Shown here piece after piece: positions 50,814 to 63,650 of a stretch of 64,000 nt of DNA. The number at the start of each line of letters is the position of its first letter. Position 1 is the first letter of the stretch. The notes beneath the pieces were generated by a model. That model was not told the DNA's origin and searched no databases. It saw only the letters and a list, made by a program, of their open reading frames with translations. This stretch comes from Leptogorgia sarmentosa (taxonomy: Eukaryota), in NCBI GenBank assembly GCA_964658305.1, contig OZ210885.1, forward strand, positions 16,058,001 through 16,122,000, read 5' to 3'. The position numbers and the translations under genes are program-made.

Positions 50814-51595
50814 GCCTTCTTCGCCGTTCCACACCATCTTTTAAGCGAGAAAAGCAAGGTGAAAAAATGCAGTCCTCCTTCGCGCCGCCGCTTATTTCGA
50901 TTCCGTCGACGGTCGGACACCTCCGAGATGGTCGGACACCTCATTGTATTACATGAACAGCAGTAGCATTAGAAATAAGCATAATAATAATGTTTAATGA
51001 AGGATCAGGCAGCTGGAGCAGTTGGTGTAATGGCAAGGGTACGGACTTCCGTGCAGAGCACCAGGGTTCGATCCCCATCGGGGTACAATATTTTTTCCTT
51101 ATCAGTTTTTTTCGACCTTTAATCTCAAACTTTAATTTTGCCAAAGATTTTTCAACTATTTTTTTTAAAATACGCATATTATTTTGTCAATGTTTAAAGT
51201 TAGGGTTAGGAATAGGGTTTGGGTTAGTGTTATGCGCTGTTGAGGTGCTCAAAACGAGTGAATGAGGTGTCCGACCGTCGACGGAATCGAAATTTGCCGC
51301 GCCGCCATTAGCAGCCCCGGCTGCGAAATCGCGAAGGAAACGAGCCGCAAACGTTATGGCACATGGTGATGATGACGCGTACAATAGATCATTTGTGCGC
51401 TGCTAATTAATTCAGCTGCACACGCGAAACTGCTCGCGACGCGCGTGCGTTCTCCACGAATTTCTGGCGATTTTATCGCACGTGGCGCGTTTTCCCGGCC
51501 TACCTTGGTTCGCTGGCTCCACGACCAATTCAGGAATGGCAAACAACCGACATGCATTGAGTTGAACGAAGCATGTCCGGTTGCGCTTCGGTTGG
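50814..51595 (-). promoter_or_regulatory. U2 upstream promoter region with a candidate PSE (TCACCTTGC...TTAAAAG), interrupted by a MITE
   Basis: Shared with 23083-23410. The TCACC motif lies roughly 50-55 bp upstream of U2 +1. Confidence 0.55.
50890..51297. mobile_element. Mutator-like MITE (9-bp TSD) carrying a tRNA-like segment
   Basis: TSD CGCGCCGCC (50881-50889, 51298-51306). TIR GC..ATTTCGATTCCGTCGACGGTCGGACACCTC. A/B-box-like TGGTGTAATGG / GGTTCGATCCC at ~51015-51088. Confidence 0.8.
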
Positions 51596-51915
51596 AAAAA
51601 TGACGAGTGCATTTGAATTGGAAATGATTGTCTAGTATAAAATGCATGATCAGTTGGCAGCGCGTATCGATTGACTCATTCATTCATTCCGTGTGACGTG
51701 CATACAACAAGGTGTCAGTAATCCAATATTGATTACATGGTTATATATTAGTTTCGAATGACCGCGAAGTAGTATCGAGTAACACATGTTCGTGAAACTC
51801 GCGGCCAGTGTGAAGAACACATAGAATTGTTGTCCCTTCAATAAACTAGGATGCCCGACGACACTTATAATATCAGTTTTGAGTGTGAGAAATGGGAATA
51901 ATAAAATGATGATAA

Positions 51916-52015
51916 AGGGGACAGGCTCGAAGTCAACCCAGTCAAAGTGCAATGAAAGGGCCTCATCCTGAGAGGACCTCCTAGTTGATCAAGGTGCCTC
52001 TCGTATCAGGTAAGT
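51916..52015 (-). pseudogene. U1: U1 snRNA pseudogene with an internal deletion (stem-loop III and Sm site missing)
   Basis: ACTTACCTG 5' end, TGATCA loop I, TGAGGC..CATTGCAC loop II and GTTGAC, then directly TTCGAGCCTGTCCCCT resembling the U1 3' end. Confidence 0.82.
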
Positions 52016-55000
52016 TTATGTTGGATATAGGCAAATCCATCCCCACTGGGGGGGCGTGCAATGGATTTCCCTAAATCGAGGAGGGTGCTACCGGCACGCA
52101 AACGGCTAGGGGGACTATCCCTACTTCCTCATTATTATTCTGACACCTCGATTAGTGCATTTATTTCAGGCAGCAACAGGGATTTAAAAAGAGAACGACC
52201 CCATTGAACCGATCCAGGCACTACAACCAACGAAGTCGACCACCCTTCACGGAACGGCAGAGGAAGAAAAAAGGATTAAAAAACCTAAATAACTAAAAGG
52301 AGAAGACCAGCTCCTCACCCTCGAAATGCCCTAAAATACCACAAGTGAGCCAATCCCACTCAAAGGATCGCAATTGAGCAGTGAGCTTGCACCGACAACC
52401 AAAAAGACGAAGGAGAAACTTTATTTTTGCGATGGCTTTCGCTTGGCAATCCCAGGCGATTGGCCGCTTATCGTGGAAACGGAAATCACAGCACGCCACC
52501 CAGATGGTATGTTTCATCATGTGGAGCATCCACACGATGATGGGAGGCACAATGTGCCGCCGTTCGGACGAGAACCTGAACAAGAGTTCCGTGACGGTAA
52601 ATGGTGCGACAGTAGGACAGATCTGCTATAAAATATAATAATTTATATTTCTTCATCTGCTCGACAGAAACAGCGCATATCGATGTTGGGCATGTTAAAG
52701 CGGGTTCCCAAGCGTGAACCCGTGTAAAGAATGCCGTGAATTTGGCAATACAATGTGGCTGGCTATTTAAATTGCTTTGACTGATGTGGTACACGTTTCT
52801 ACTAGATATGTTATCCACAGGTAGTGGAGAGGCAGACGAGGCAGCAATGCATAAGTCATTGCCGGTAAGACCACCGTCGAGAGATTGCCACACGCGAAAG
52901 ATGATACAATAGAACTCGGGAAAGGCTCGCAAACGACGCTGGGAAAAAGAAGATAAAAGGACCTCACAAGGCTTGGAACCAAGTGAGGCAGAAACAAAAT
53001 GTTCAAAAAAGTCGTTCCATTTGCCACGATCTTCGGCAAAATAACGTTTTACCCATTGAAGGGCAAAAGCGTCTGCCTTGAGTTGGAAATCGATAACTCC
53101 AAATCCACCCTTGGATTTGGGAAGGCAGACTACTTTGTGGGCAACAAGATCCCGCTTGCCAGACCAGAAGAACTTCCAAACGGCCTTGTGAATTCTCTGA
53201 ACCGCCCACTTCGGAACAGGGAAGACGTGAAACAAATGCCATATCTGGGACAAGGCCAAGGTGTTAATGATTGTGGCCTTGCCCTGAAAGGAGAGTTTGC
53301 GTCCAGACCAGTCTGACAAAGGAGGCAGGGCCCCTCACACATATTTGTTGAATTATATTTGTCGTGGCATATCACAGCATTACTGCAATTTCACATCCAC
53401 TTTAGATTTAATTTGTCTTGCATATTCATTTTCTGTATTAAATAACAAAATAAAACCGAATGACGGATAACAAAGTGCCAACGGTCAACATGGGTGCATA
53501 TATGGCTAAAAATTAACACGAATATAATACAAATTAGATATAGTAACCGTTACTGTACATATTTCTGTTTAGTCAGATGATGATCTGTAAACGTTGTGCC
53601 TACGCGATTTCTTCATTGCAAAATCATTGATCAGCGATGAAACTGAAAGGTTTCGCAGCAGTTTCGCTTCAATGCTTAGACGTGTGAGACTGTTCAGACG
53701 TTTCTGTCCCATTGAAGATCGAATGTTACTCTTGATTAGTTTATGTTAGGAAAACAACCTTTCGCCAGAGCAGTTCGAAATCATCAAACTTAAATAAATT
53801 CGTAGTACGATGACAGTATTTGGAAACACTCTCTCCAGATTTTCCGCGACGATTAAGCGGTAAAGGCGCAACTCGGCTGATTCAACGCACAGTAGATAAT
53901 TGTCGTCATCAGCTTCGTTGATGTCCGATTCGTCAGAGGATGTTGCACTCTTCTCCTTGGAAGAACCGGCAGGGGTTGTTGGGACATCAGATACTTCAAA
54001 CTATTTCTCGGCAAAGTCTGTCTTTAAAAAACTTGAAAACTGCAATAGTTGATCAGACAGGCTGTCCTCGAGATCAGTGGGGTAGGCTTTCTGCAGTTTG
54101 ATGGCACATTCGATTAGCTCTTCATTCGACAAGTTCTTAAGGGTTCGCATGAAGCCAAACATAGCAGCAATTTCTGCATAGGCAGCTAGTCGTTTCTCCA
54201 ATTCACTGGCAATACTGTCAACAATTACCAGGAAGGTTACTGTTCGAAACTTGTCGACCGGAGTCTTGGGCTGTTCAGGTGCTGCTTTGGGATCGTCGTA
54301 ACGGCGATTACGTCGACGCATTCGTTTCACTTTCACCTTGTATTGGTCACATTCACTTAATGCTTTTCCCCTGGTTTCAAACTCTTCAAGTCTAGTCCGT
54401 AACTTTCGGATAAACTCCAGAACAGATTTATAGATTGCAACGGCTGAATTGATGTCTTGCTTGGCGGACTGTAGGGCTTGACTGCTGCCGTGAAAACAAT
54501 GCAAGATGTGGTACCACAAAACTGATACAATGCCAGTTTCCAACCGATTCATAACGTCGACGTAGCCTCGGGCTTCTTCGCGAGCCTCAGCTTTTTCTTC
54601 CACGTCGTCAGCAAGTTCCACCAAGGCATCGCAAATTTTCGTCATAGCCATCTACCAGTGCTTTCATCACATCCACACGTGCAGACCAGCGAGTATCCGA
54701 CATGCGCTTGAGAGTGGGAAGCCTTTTGCTAGACAGTTTTTCGTTAAGAACCTTCCAGCGATGCGTTGACGAGGAAAAAAGAGAATACAATCCTTGCAGA
54801 AACTTGAAAAAGGCAATGGCTGCCAGACAGCAACCTGCCGCAGATTCACCAACCAGGTTCAACGAGTGTGCAGCACATGGTATATAATGAGCCAACTCAC
54901 AATGTTGTTGAATGATGGCCTGCATGCCATTGTACTTTCCACTCATATTACTGCCATTGTCGTAGGACTGACCTCTGCAAGCTTTCGGCTAATTGTCGTC

Positions 55001-57878
55001 CAGTATGACCCTGCATGTCAGGGAAGGTAGGAAGGCCCAAAAATAATTTTTAATACGCGAACAGTGAATATTAAATTAAAATGCGCAACGTGCAAGGGCC
55101 CCAAATTTGCACGCAAACCAGGGGGCCCCATATTGACAAGCAAACCACGGGGGCCCAAATTAATGTGCAAACGGAGGGCCCCAAATTAAATTGTTATGCG
55201 AAACACGGGAAGGGGGAATCGACATACGTGAGGAGTGGGGGGGGGGCAAATACACAAATTTCGAGGGGCCCCAAATGTGAACCACAATGGGCGTATCATT
55301 TTCCAGAAAAGGGCGTGACCTATTGAAGATCGGGGCCCCTGAAAGCGCGGGGCCTGGGGCATATGCCGCATCTGCCATGTGCTTAATCCAGGACTGGTCC
55401 TCACGCTCAGCATACTCAATGAGATCCCGGATGAGAAGAGGTTCTCGGAGATAGTACGGCCTGGAACACCGCATGTCTGATCTGGCCACACAACAGACCC
55501 GATGACGGCTAGGAGACGACCCGAAATAGCTTGAGTAGCTATTTTATAGTCGGCATTGAGCAGACTAATCAGCCGCAAGTTCTTTGTCTCCAAGCGGTCA
55601 TTCTTTTTGTATAATACAATGATCAGACCTCAACGCTGAGAGGTGGAAAGCTGGCCGGACTCGTAAGCAACGTTGAGGACGCAAACCAGATCAGCACCAA
55701 GGCATGACCAAAACTTTAGGTAGAACTCCATGGGGAAGCCATCGGAACCCGGAGTCTTTCCTCTAGCCATACCAGATAAGGCAGTAAAGCACTCCTCTAA
55801 AGAGAGAAGACCCTCACAACACGCATGTTCCTCCTTACTAAGGCGGTTAGACAGCTTTGACAGCATCTCATCCTGAGCAGATATATCGCAGGGTGCCACA
55901 GTAAAGAGTCCGGTGTAATACCGCCGCCAGACGTCCAAGATCTCAAAAGGGTCGTGGCGCACGGAACCGGTGTCGGGGTCTTGAATGGAGTGCATCTCCT
56001 GCTTTGCATGACGCTAAGTGGCTAAATTGAGAAAAAGGAGGAGGAAGTTTCCCCCTCCTCAGCCCACTGACAACGAGCACAAACTTGTGCCCCTCTCGCT
56101 TCATGCACAGCAATGCCTCGGAGCTCTTCTTGTACCTCGCAAAGCTTAGTGAATGCAGAGGTATCCCCTGCTTCAAAAAGACGTTGCAGTCTGTGCATTT
56201 GCTTGGTCAGAAAGGATTTATGCTCGCGTCGGTCCAGCTCCTTTGACCGACTAAAAGTCTGTGTCACTTCACAAAGGTAGAATTTCCCTTGGTCCCACCA
56301 ATCCAAAAGTGAAAGGCCTCAGGTGTATAATGGGCCTGCCAGAAGGACCAAAATGAAGTGACAAGGGAGCAATAATTTTCATCGTCCAGGAGGGAAGTGT
56401 TAAACTTCCACACTCCAGGACCACTAACAATACGATAACCGAATTCGAACTTGATCAGCAAGTATTGATGATCGGATAAAAAGGAGCGACGATATTCACA
56501 TTCCCTAATAGACTGTTCCAGACATGTCGGGGCCCAGACCATATCAATGCGCGATGCAAAAGTTCCGGAACCATGGGTCCAGGAATAAGCCTTCTGTGTG
56601 GGATGTAATGTACGCCACACCGGGTATGTCTGGGTATGAGATAGTAGGCCTGCAAAGCCGGGCCACTTTCCTGGGCGCGTGAAGAGGCAGCACCAGTGTA
56701 AGAAGCATGCCGAAGCCAATCCCGATCCTCGTCTAGCACAGAATTAAAATCACCACAAACAAATGTGGGCCTGGTAAGATCAATTAAACCAGGAATTGAA
56801 GAGAAAAAAGTGTTGTGAGCCGGATTCTCATTTGGGGCATATAGTGAGGTGAAACGTAGCTGATCTTCCCCAAAATCAACCAAGACTTGGACTAACCGCC
56901 CATCATCATCTCGAATCACCTGTTTAACCTTGTGAGAATCTTTAATAAGAATAGCCGTGCCACAACGCTTATTTGAAACTGATGACGAGACAGCTCGAAA
57001 GCCAGAATTAGCGAACTACTTCCTAATGGATTCATGCGGTTCGTTTAATATGGTCGTTAAGACCATTGATGTTAATGGACAACAGACTCGCCATCGGAAT
57101 CTGATGTCCCAGATGTGGGCAGCTCACCAAGAAGGAGCTCCTCAATTGATCAGCACAAAGCTGATCACTAAAAGTCGTGCATGTCGAAGATGCACCAACC
57201 TCACTGCCATCATCGCGGAGACCAGACAGTGAGGCTTCATGGATCGATACCAGTGCCTCGAAAAGATCAAGGGATGACTCAAATTGTTGGGACGAGACAT
57301 CCACTGCAGGAGGGTCCTGCGAAGCAGCATTATCATCAAGGCAGAGGCAAGAGCAGGCGCAGATTCATAAGCGACGATAGGATCAACTACCGTATCACCA
57401 CTCAAACACTTGTCCACGTCAGCCTCTGCCTCCATGGCCTCAGGAGTGGCAGTTGGAGTAGGAGGGCTCGGGAACCCTGGCCACACGCTAACGTTGGTCG
57501 GACTCGAAGGAGCAGGAGCAGACTGGCATACCCTCTTGCACACTATACACTCTTCATCCTCACTACGCGAGGAGGAAGAGGAAAAAGGAACATCCCTGGC
57601 GGAGTTGGCCCTAACACCCTTAGGTGACTTGGAAGATGACTTGCCAAGGGGACGTGGGTGTGCATAGGGGATTGGAAGCGCAAAATCAAAGGATTTGCGC
57701 TCCAAATGCTCCGCAGTCAGAGGGTGGTCTGAGCAGACTTAGTCTTGCCAGCCTGACCAGACGGCACAGATGTCCTTCTAGCTTTCTTTATTATTCTCTC
57801 ACAAAGGTCTCCCTTGCGAGAAGAAGAGGAAGCTTGCGGGTTATTGCCATTCTTAACCGAAGCCACCGAAGGCTTAGA
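52016..57878 (-). mobile_element. Tx1-clade retrotransposon copy E (distinct family) whose 3' end abuts the U1 5' end
   Basis: ORF2 pieces MASLLSININGL, SLYAPN, VCGDFN, FLSDHQY, GPGVWKFN, TPGSDGFP, ISLLNADYKI, LSFQGKATIIN, GGFGVIDF, ending at 52293. Central RT lost next to the hAT insertion. Confidence 0.82.
53320..55396 (-). mobile_element. hAT transposon remnant (ZMYM1/Tip100-like transposase C-terminal half)
   Basis: RGQSYDNGSNMSG, YIPCAAHSLNLVG, SDTRWSAR and dimerisation motif SNCSGERLFS. One terminus CAGTCCTGGATTAA at 55396; the other end was not found. Confidence 0.82.
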
Positions 57879-60800
57879 TTTATTATTATTATTATTATTA
57901 AAAAATATTTACACAGGATAAAAATGCTTCAGTGACTATGCACTGCTATCAACGCATGTCCTGTTACCTAAGACTACTAAAATTATGAGTATAAAAAATC
58001 AATATGTTAAGAATATTAAAAATCTGACTGCAGTCAATTCTGCAAAAGGTTTATAATGAACTAAGGTTCTCTTTCAGTTTTCGTTTAAAAAGCATAAAAC
58101 TGTCAATTTCTCTAATATCTTTGGGCAATTTGTTGAATTCAATTGCTCCATTATAATAAAAGGCAAGTTTTGTGGATTCCAAGCGTATTTTGGGAATCCT
58201 GACACTTATTCCGTTTTTCCTTGTATTCTTTACATGTTGTAACCGTTCAAAATAATTGTGAAAGTTACTACACACATTCCTGTCCATGCATTGTTTCACC
58301 AGGAAACACATTTGCAGCTTTGCAAAGCTCATCAGGTCAGGTAATCTTAGATCTGCCGATTCACTCGATTTTATTACTCTAGCAGCTCGATCCTGGAGAT
58401 TTTCAATTCGTGAAGTTTGGGTAGCATTCAAGTTTAGAGTAACAACGCTGGAATACGTTAGTAGTGGCATTATCATGCATTTGTATATAGATTCAGCAGC
58501 GTCCATAGTTAAAGAAGATCGTATTTTCTTAAGCAACCTTAACCTGCCAGATGCTTTCCTAAAAGCTTGACCAAAATGTTCTTTCAAGTTTACATTCTGG
58601 TCCACCAATACTCCAAGATATCTATATTTAGTTGTGAAATTGATCAGTTTATCGTTTAGATATACTCTTATGGGGTTACTTTGTATTCTACGACTAGTTC
58701 CCAGTAACATAGACTCAGTTTTTCCTTTGTTGAGATTTATGATTAGATCATTCTCATCTAACCATTTAGCAACAACTTGCATTTCACTTGTAAGTTGATT
58801 TTCAATTTCAGAAATGTCTTGCCCAGCCAGGAACAGAACTGTGTCATCAGCATACTTTATGATATGTGCACCAATGAGATGGTCGTCGATATCATTAATG
58901 TACAATATGAATAAAAGAGGCCCCAAGATAGACCCTTGGGGTACTCCTGATGTGACTTTGAATTTCTCTGATAATGAACCATCGAAGCTAACACGTTGAG
59001 ATCGATTAAACAAGTAATTGGTAAACCATTCCAGCTCATATGACTTAATACCAAATCTTGTTAATTTATTTAGCAGATTAGAGTGGGACACAGTGTTGAA
59101 GGCTTTGGATAGATCAATGAAGACCATTCCTGTTAGTAGTCCCTTATCCATATTCGCTCGGACTTTATCCAATAATAGTGTCACAGCTAATTGCGTTGAT
59201 CGTTTTGGTCGAAATCCAAATTGAGAGTCGTTTATCAAATGATTTGTCTCTAAATAATTCATCAGTTGATCATGCACCACTCGTTCCATAACTTTTGTGA
59301 CAGCCGGTAATATGGATATAGGACGGTAATTATCAAAATCATTGGTGGGCCCCTTTTTGTGAACTGGGATGACTTTAGCCACTTTCCATTCGGATGGTAT
59401 TGCTCCAGTACATAAGCTCATATTTATTATATGTGCCAGAGGATCCTTGACAACAGACGAGCAGTCCTTAAGTGATCCAGGAGGGATATTATCAATACCA
59501 GCAGCTTTTGATCGCTTTAATTGATTCAATTTCTTTTCTATGTAGTGTGCAGTGACTGGCATAAACTGAAAGCTCATGTTAGTTTGGGTAATGGGTACAT
59601 GCCGATGACCCCAAACAAAGTCTTTCAGAGGACAGGATTTGCGTTTTAGGTTGTCTATGACAGTCGAGAAGAATGATCCAAATGCATTTGCTATACAATT
59701 ACTATGCGTAATTAGTTTGCCTTCAACATGAAATGATCGCCCAGTACACTTTGCCGACGTATTAGGAAAAATTTCTTTTATGGTACTCCAAAACTTTTTT
59801 GGATTTCTGGAATTCTCCTTCAGTAAATCTTTGTAATAGCCGTTTTTATTCATCTTGACTAAATTGTTTACACGATTTCGTTTTCTTTTATATTTATACC
59901 AATCATTCTCAGCATTTGATTTCCTAGCTTTCTTTAAAAGCCAATCCCGTTTGACCATTTCACGCTTCGTTTCATTTCGTAACCATGGACAGGGGCGACC
60001 ACGGATTTTCTTTCTAGTTAGTGGGGCATATTTGTCAACAGCAGAAAGAAAAATGTGTTTAAAATTTTCCCATGCTGATTCAACTGTTTTTGAAGCGAAC
60101 ACTGAATCAAAACTGGATTGCCGAAGATTAGTACATAGATCTTCATGATTATAATTCCTGTAGTCACGGGCTTCGATAGTACGGGCTTTAAATGAATGAT
60201 TGTTTAGTTTACGCACAGAGCCGATCATTTCATGGTCACTCAAGCTTGCAGATATTACTTCAACCTTACTAATATTCTGGGGCTTGTTTGTACAGATGAC
60301 ATCAATTAGTGTCGAAGACTCAGGAGTAATTCTCGTGGGGTCTTTTACCATTTGCATCTATTATAGATTTAATATCTGCATCATTGCTTTTCTTTAAAAA
60401 ATTGCAGTTTATATCACCCATTAGAATCACTTCTTTATTCTCGGCTGCTACTGATGTTAGCATATCATCAAAATAGGCAGGGAAATCTTTTGGCAAAAAC
60501 TTTGAACCATTTGGAGGCCTATAGAGTGTCCCAATCAAGAAACCTTTGGTATTCTTGAGTAAAACTTCAATCCACAGACATTCCAAATGGGGACTTTCTA
60601 GATCATGTCTTCTCAGCCATTGAACTCGGTCTGCTATAAAAGCAGCAACGCCACCAAAGTTTCCGTTTGTCCGATTTCTATAGACCATTGAATACCCGGG
60701 AATACTCGGCAATGATTGAATATTTTCTTCATGCAAATGCGTTTCACTCAAAGTTAACATATGAATATCCTTATAGTTTTTGAGAATAAATTCAATGTGT

Positions 60801-61290
60801 GGATATTTTGTAGCCAAACCACAGATATTCTGGTGTAATAACTTTATTCCCTTTGAACTAACAAGGTTAAGTAGTTCCTCTAAGGCTGGTTGGTCATCAG
60901 ACATACCTTCTCCAAGTTAAATGTTATTTCCCGAGGCGGCCATATTGGATTCATAGCATTCAGAACAGACACCAGCCCCATCACTTTCGTCAAAACATTT
61001 GAGATGGAATTTCCTTTCGCATTCATTGCAGTTTATATTGCTTTGGTTTCTTCTAATAATCTTCTGGCAATTACAGCAGTTCGAAGGACCTGGACAGGTC
61101 TCAATATCACCACACAATAGTAGAAGGAAAATCATTGCCTTTACTCTTTGCTTACGATATGATATGCTAAAGTAAGCTCGAATATTCCACAGCGATGAGT
61201 ATGTATACGTTTCGTTTGTAGATACAACCACAGCAATCACTGCTTATATATTGGGCTTTATTAACCGTAAGAATCGTGATAAATACAAGA
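57879..61290 (-). mobile_element. CR1/L2-group LINE (PHD-like finger + APE + RT) with a (TAA)n tail
   Basis: HQNICGL, LSETHL, YRPP, GDIN, LSDH, NYRPISIL, QFGFR, IDLSKAF, GVPQGSILGPLLF, KYADDT and YRYLGV. Tail at 57880-57900. Confidence 0.9.
58051..61240 (-). pseudogene. LINE EN-RT polyprotein with an N-terminal 2A-like motif and PHD-like finger; stop and frameshift present
   Basis: ORFs 60917-61240, 60320-60904 and 58051-60357. Confidence 0.85.
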
Positions 61291-61297
61291 GTACATA

Positions 61298-62125
61298 TCA
61301 GAACGCCTTCACCTGACGCCATGTTGTATTTCTACTATTACTAGTGGTACTATTACGGCCCTGAGTACCAATAGATGTGGCATTGCCCTCTCGCGCCTGA
61401 ACAGATGGTGCAGCTGGCTTATTAGCCATCTTAGCTAGCTTCTCACGAAGATCTCCAGTGCGTGAGGAAGAGGACGATGGAGAAAGTTCAGATGATGCCG
61501 GCGGGTTTTTGCCATTCCTGCTATTCTGCTTTGATGACTTTGGGCAGTCTTTTGCCGTGTGCCCAACCTCCTGGCACGCAAAGCAAGTAGGAGGCTGCCC
61601 GTGGTAGCGAAACGACAGCTGAAATCCAACCACGCGAATTTAAGCTGGGATGGCCTTCGAAATGACTATTTGCACCATACGTGTGCCAGATTTAACAGAC
61701 GGGAAGCCCTTGATGGTTAAGTGCTTCACCGCGATCACACGACCGTATGGTGCCAAGGCGTTGTAAATGTAATGATCCGGCATCTGAGGAGGCGCACGAT
61801 CCAGAAAAACGGATTTGACCTCCTCATAGGCCAGGAAGGGCGTGATGGTAAGGCCCCGAAAGTTAAGACTGTTGATGTCAAACTGACTTCCAATGGCGGG
61901 AGAAGAAAAACACACACAAAATTTAATGCCAGGCAAGGCCTGAACACACGTCACACGCTTCTCCCCAATGGCCTTAACTAGTTCTGCCCGTAGTTGAGGG
62001 ACTTTGGATTTGCCAACCAGTTTTTTTGGCAAGAGAAACACAGACGTGGTCTGGTTCCACTTCACAAGGTCCTCCTGACTAAATGCAGCTGGGGCAGACA
62101 TACTGCCAAAACAGGTAATACCCAA
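61298..62125 (-). pseudogene. Tx1-type ORF1 (CCHC knuckle), E family or a sibling copy
   Basis: ALAPYGRV...KSGTRMV...YHGQPPTCFACQEVGHTAKDCP, with one internal stop. Confidence 0.75.
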
Positions 62126-62388
62126 GTGACAAAAAATTGAGCCTTAAAAAGTACTACAAATTAAGACCCACACACACTAAGGATCAATAACTAAGTGGAA
62201 AGAAAGGTCCTTTAAAGAAAAAGAGCCAGGGAACGGATATGTTGGCCCACCGACCTCAATCTGCAACACCGAAAGCAAAAAAGAACCTAAAAGGCCGCCG
62301 ACCTTTGAGTTGTCCCCAAACAGACTCCTCAACAGGTCACACACAAGAAGAGATAGTACCCACTACCTAATAAAAACAATAAAAACAC

Positions 62389-63650
62389 TGTAATGGGCGG
62401 CCCTATGCTGTGTCGCGTGCTAATCGCGCAACAAACAGCAGGAAAGACTACCTATCGAGTTCCGAAGAACAAGAAAAGCAGTCCAAAAGAAAAAGAATGG
62501 ACAAACTGCTACCTTGACCCCTATCCAAGTAGGCCGGCCAGACAGCGGGAAGACAAAACAAAGAAGGTGTGTCTGCAAAAAGAACTGCAGCTAATAACAC
62601 TTTACCTCGTATTTTTTGGTCCCTATACTTGGCTTAATAAATTGAAATAAGGATAAACGACTTAACAAAACCAGTCAAACTACGTGCAAAAAATATACTG
62701 AGCACATGGAATACGAATTGCCAACATCCAGGCACTTTTTGCATAAATTTACATAATTATGCGTCTCGATCCTATATACCAGCCCCCAACGACGTTCTAT
62801 ACCTGTCGTTCCAAAATCAACAAATTAAGGATCAAGTACCATATAACAATTTTTGAATTCTTGAATTCTTGCGCAAGTTTCTTCAACAACAGTTTCCACT
62901 ATAAGCCTTCCTTCATTAGTCTAATCACCAAGCTTGTCTGACGAATACGAACAACTTGAACTGAACAGGTTCCGTAAATCTCTAAATGTAACTTCAACAG
63001 CAAAATGTTAACAGGCTTTAAGTCAAACCAATTTTGTTTGATTCTGACTTCTCTAACAAACACAACTTCCTGATGTCACGAGGATATCTGCTTTGGTTTG
63101 CTGTGCAGATAACGACTTGTCGAACGTGTCCTTTAACGTCAGGAAATGTTTCTTTGACTACCGCAAGAGGCCACTGGCCATGCGGTGAGTCCTCCTTGAC
63201 CATTAGAACGAGGTCGCCTTCAGTTAAATTTCTTTTTGGGGTTAACCATTTTTGTCTTTCTTGCAGACTCGGGAGGTATTCCCTCAACCAACGTGACCAA
63301 AACTCGTCTGCCAATTTCTCTGTTTGCTTCCACCTTTCACGGGGATGGACAGATGGCGAATTGTCGGCTGAACTACACTGGTTGCGATAACCGAGTAATA
63401 GCATGTTAGGTGTTAGGACGGACAGGTCGCGAGGGTCGTCGGATTGGCGAGTGAGCGGGCGGTCATTGATCATTTTTTCGACTTCGCACATGACAGTCAG
63501 GAGGGTTTCATCGTCGACAATACGCCTTTTCTCTCAAACGATCGAGAATCTTGGTCTGATTCCAATTCCGTAGCATGATTTTGATTTCGTTCTCTGCTCC
63601 GCGAAAGTTCGTACCATTATCGCTGAATAAATTCTTGGGCGGACTGTTAA
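62389..63650 (-). mobile_element. BEL/Pao LTR retrotransposon 3' fragment (integrase end; possible 3' LTR ~62389-62778)
   Basis: FSDNGTNFRGAE, EVEKMINDRPLT, FWSRWLREYLPSLQERQKW, WPLAVV and IRKLCLLE. PPT-like GGGGGCTGG near 62780. LTR bounds are tentative. Confidence 0.75.

Noticed and set aside
51015..51088. Functional tRNA-Gly gene
   Set aside because: Acceptor and anticodon stems pair poorly, and it lies inside a MITE.
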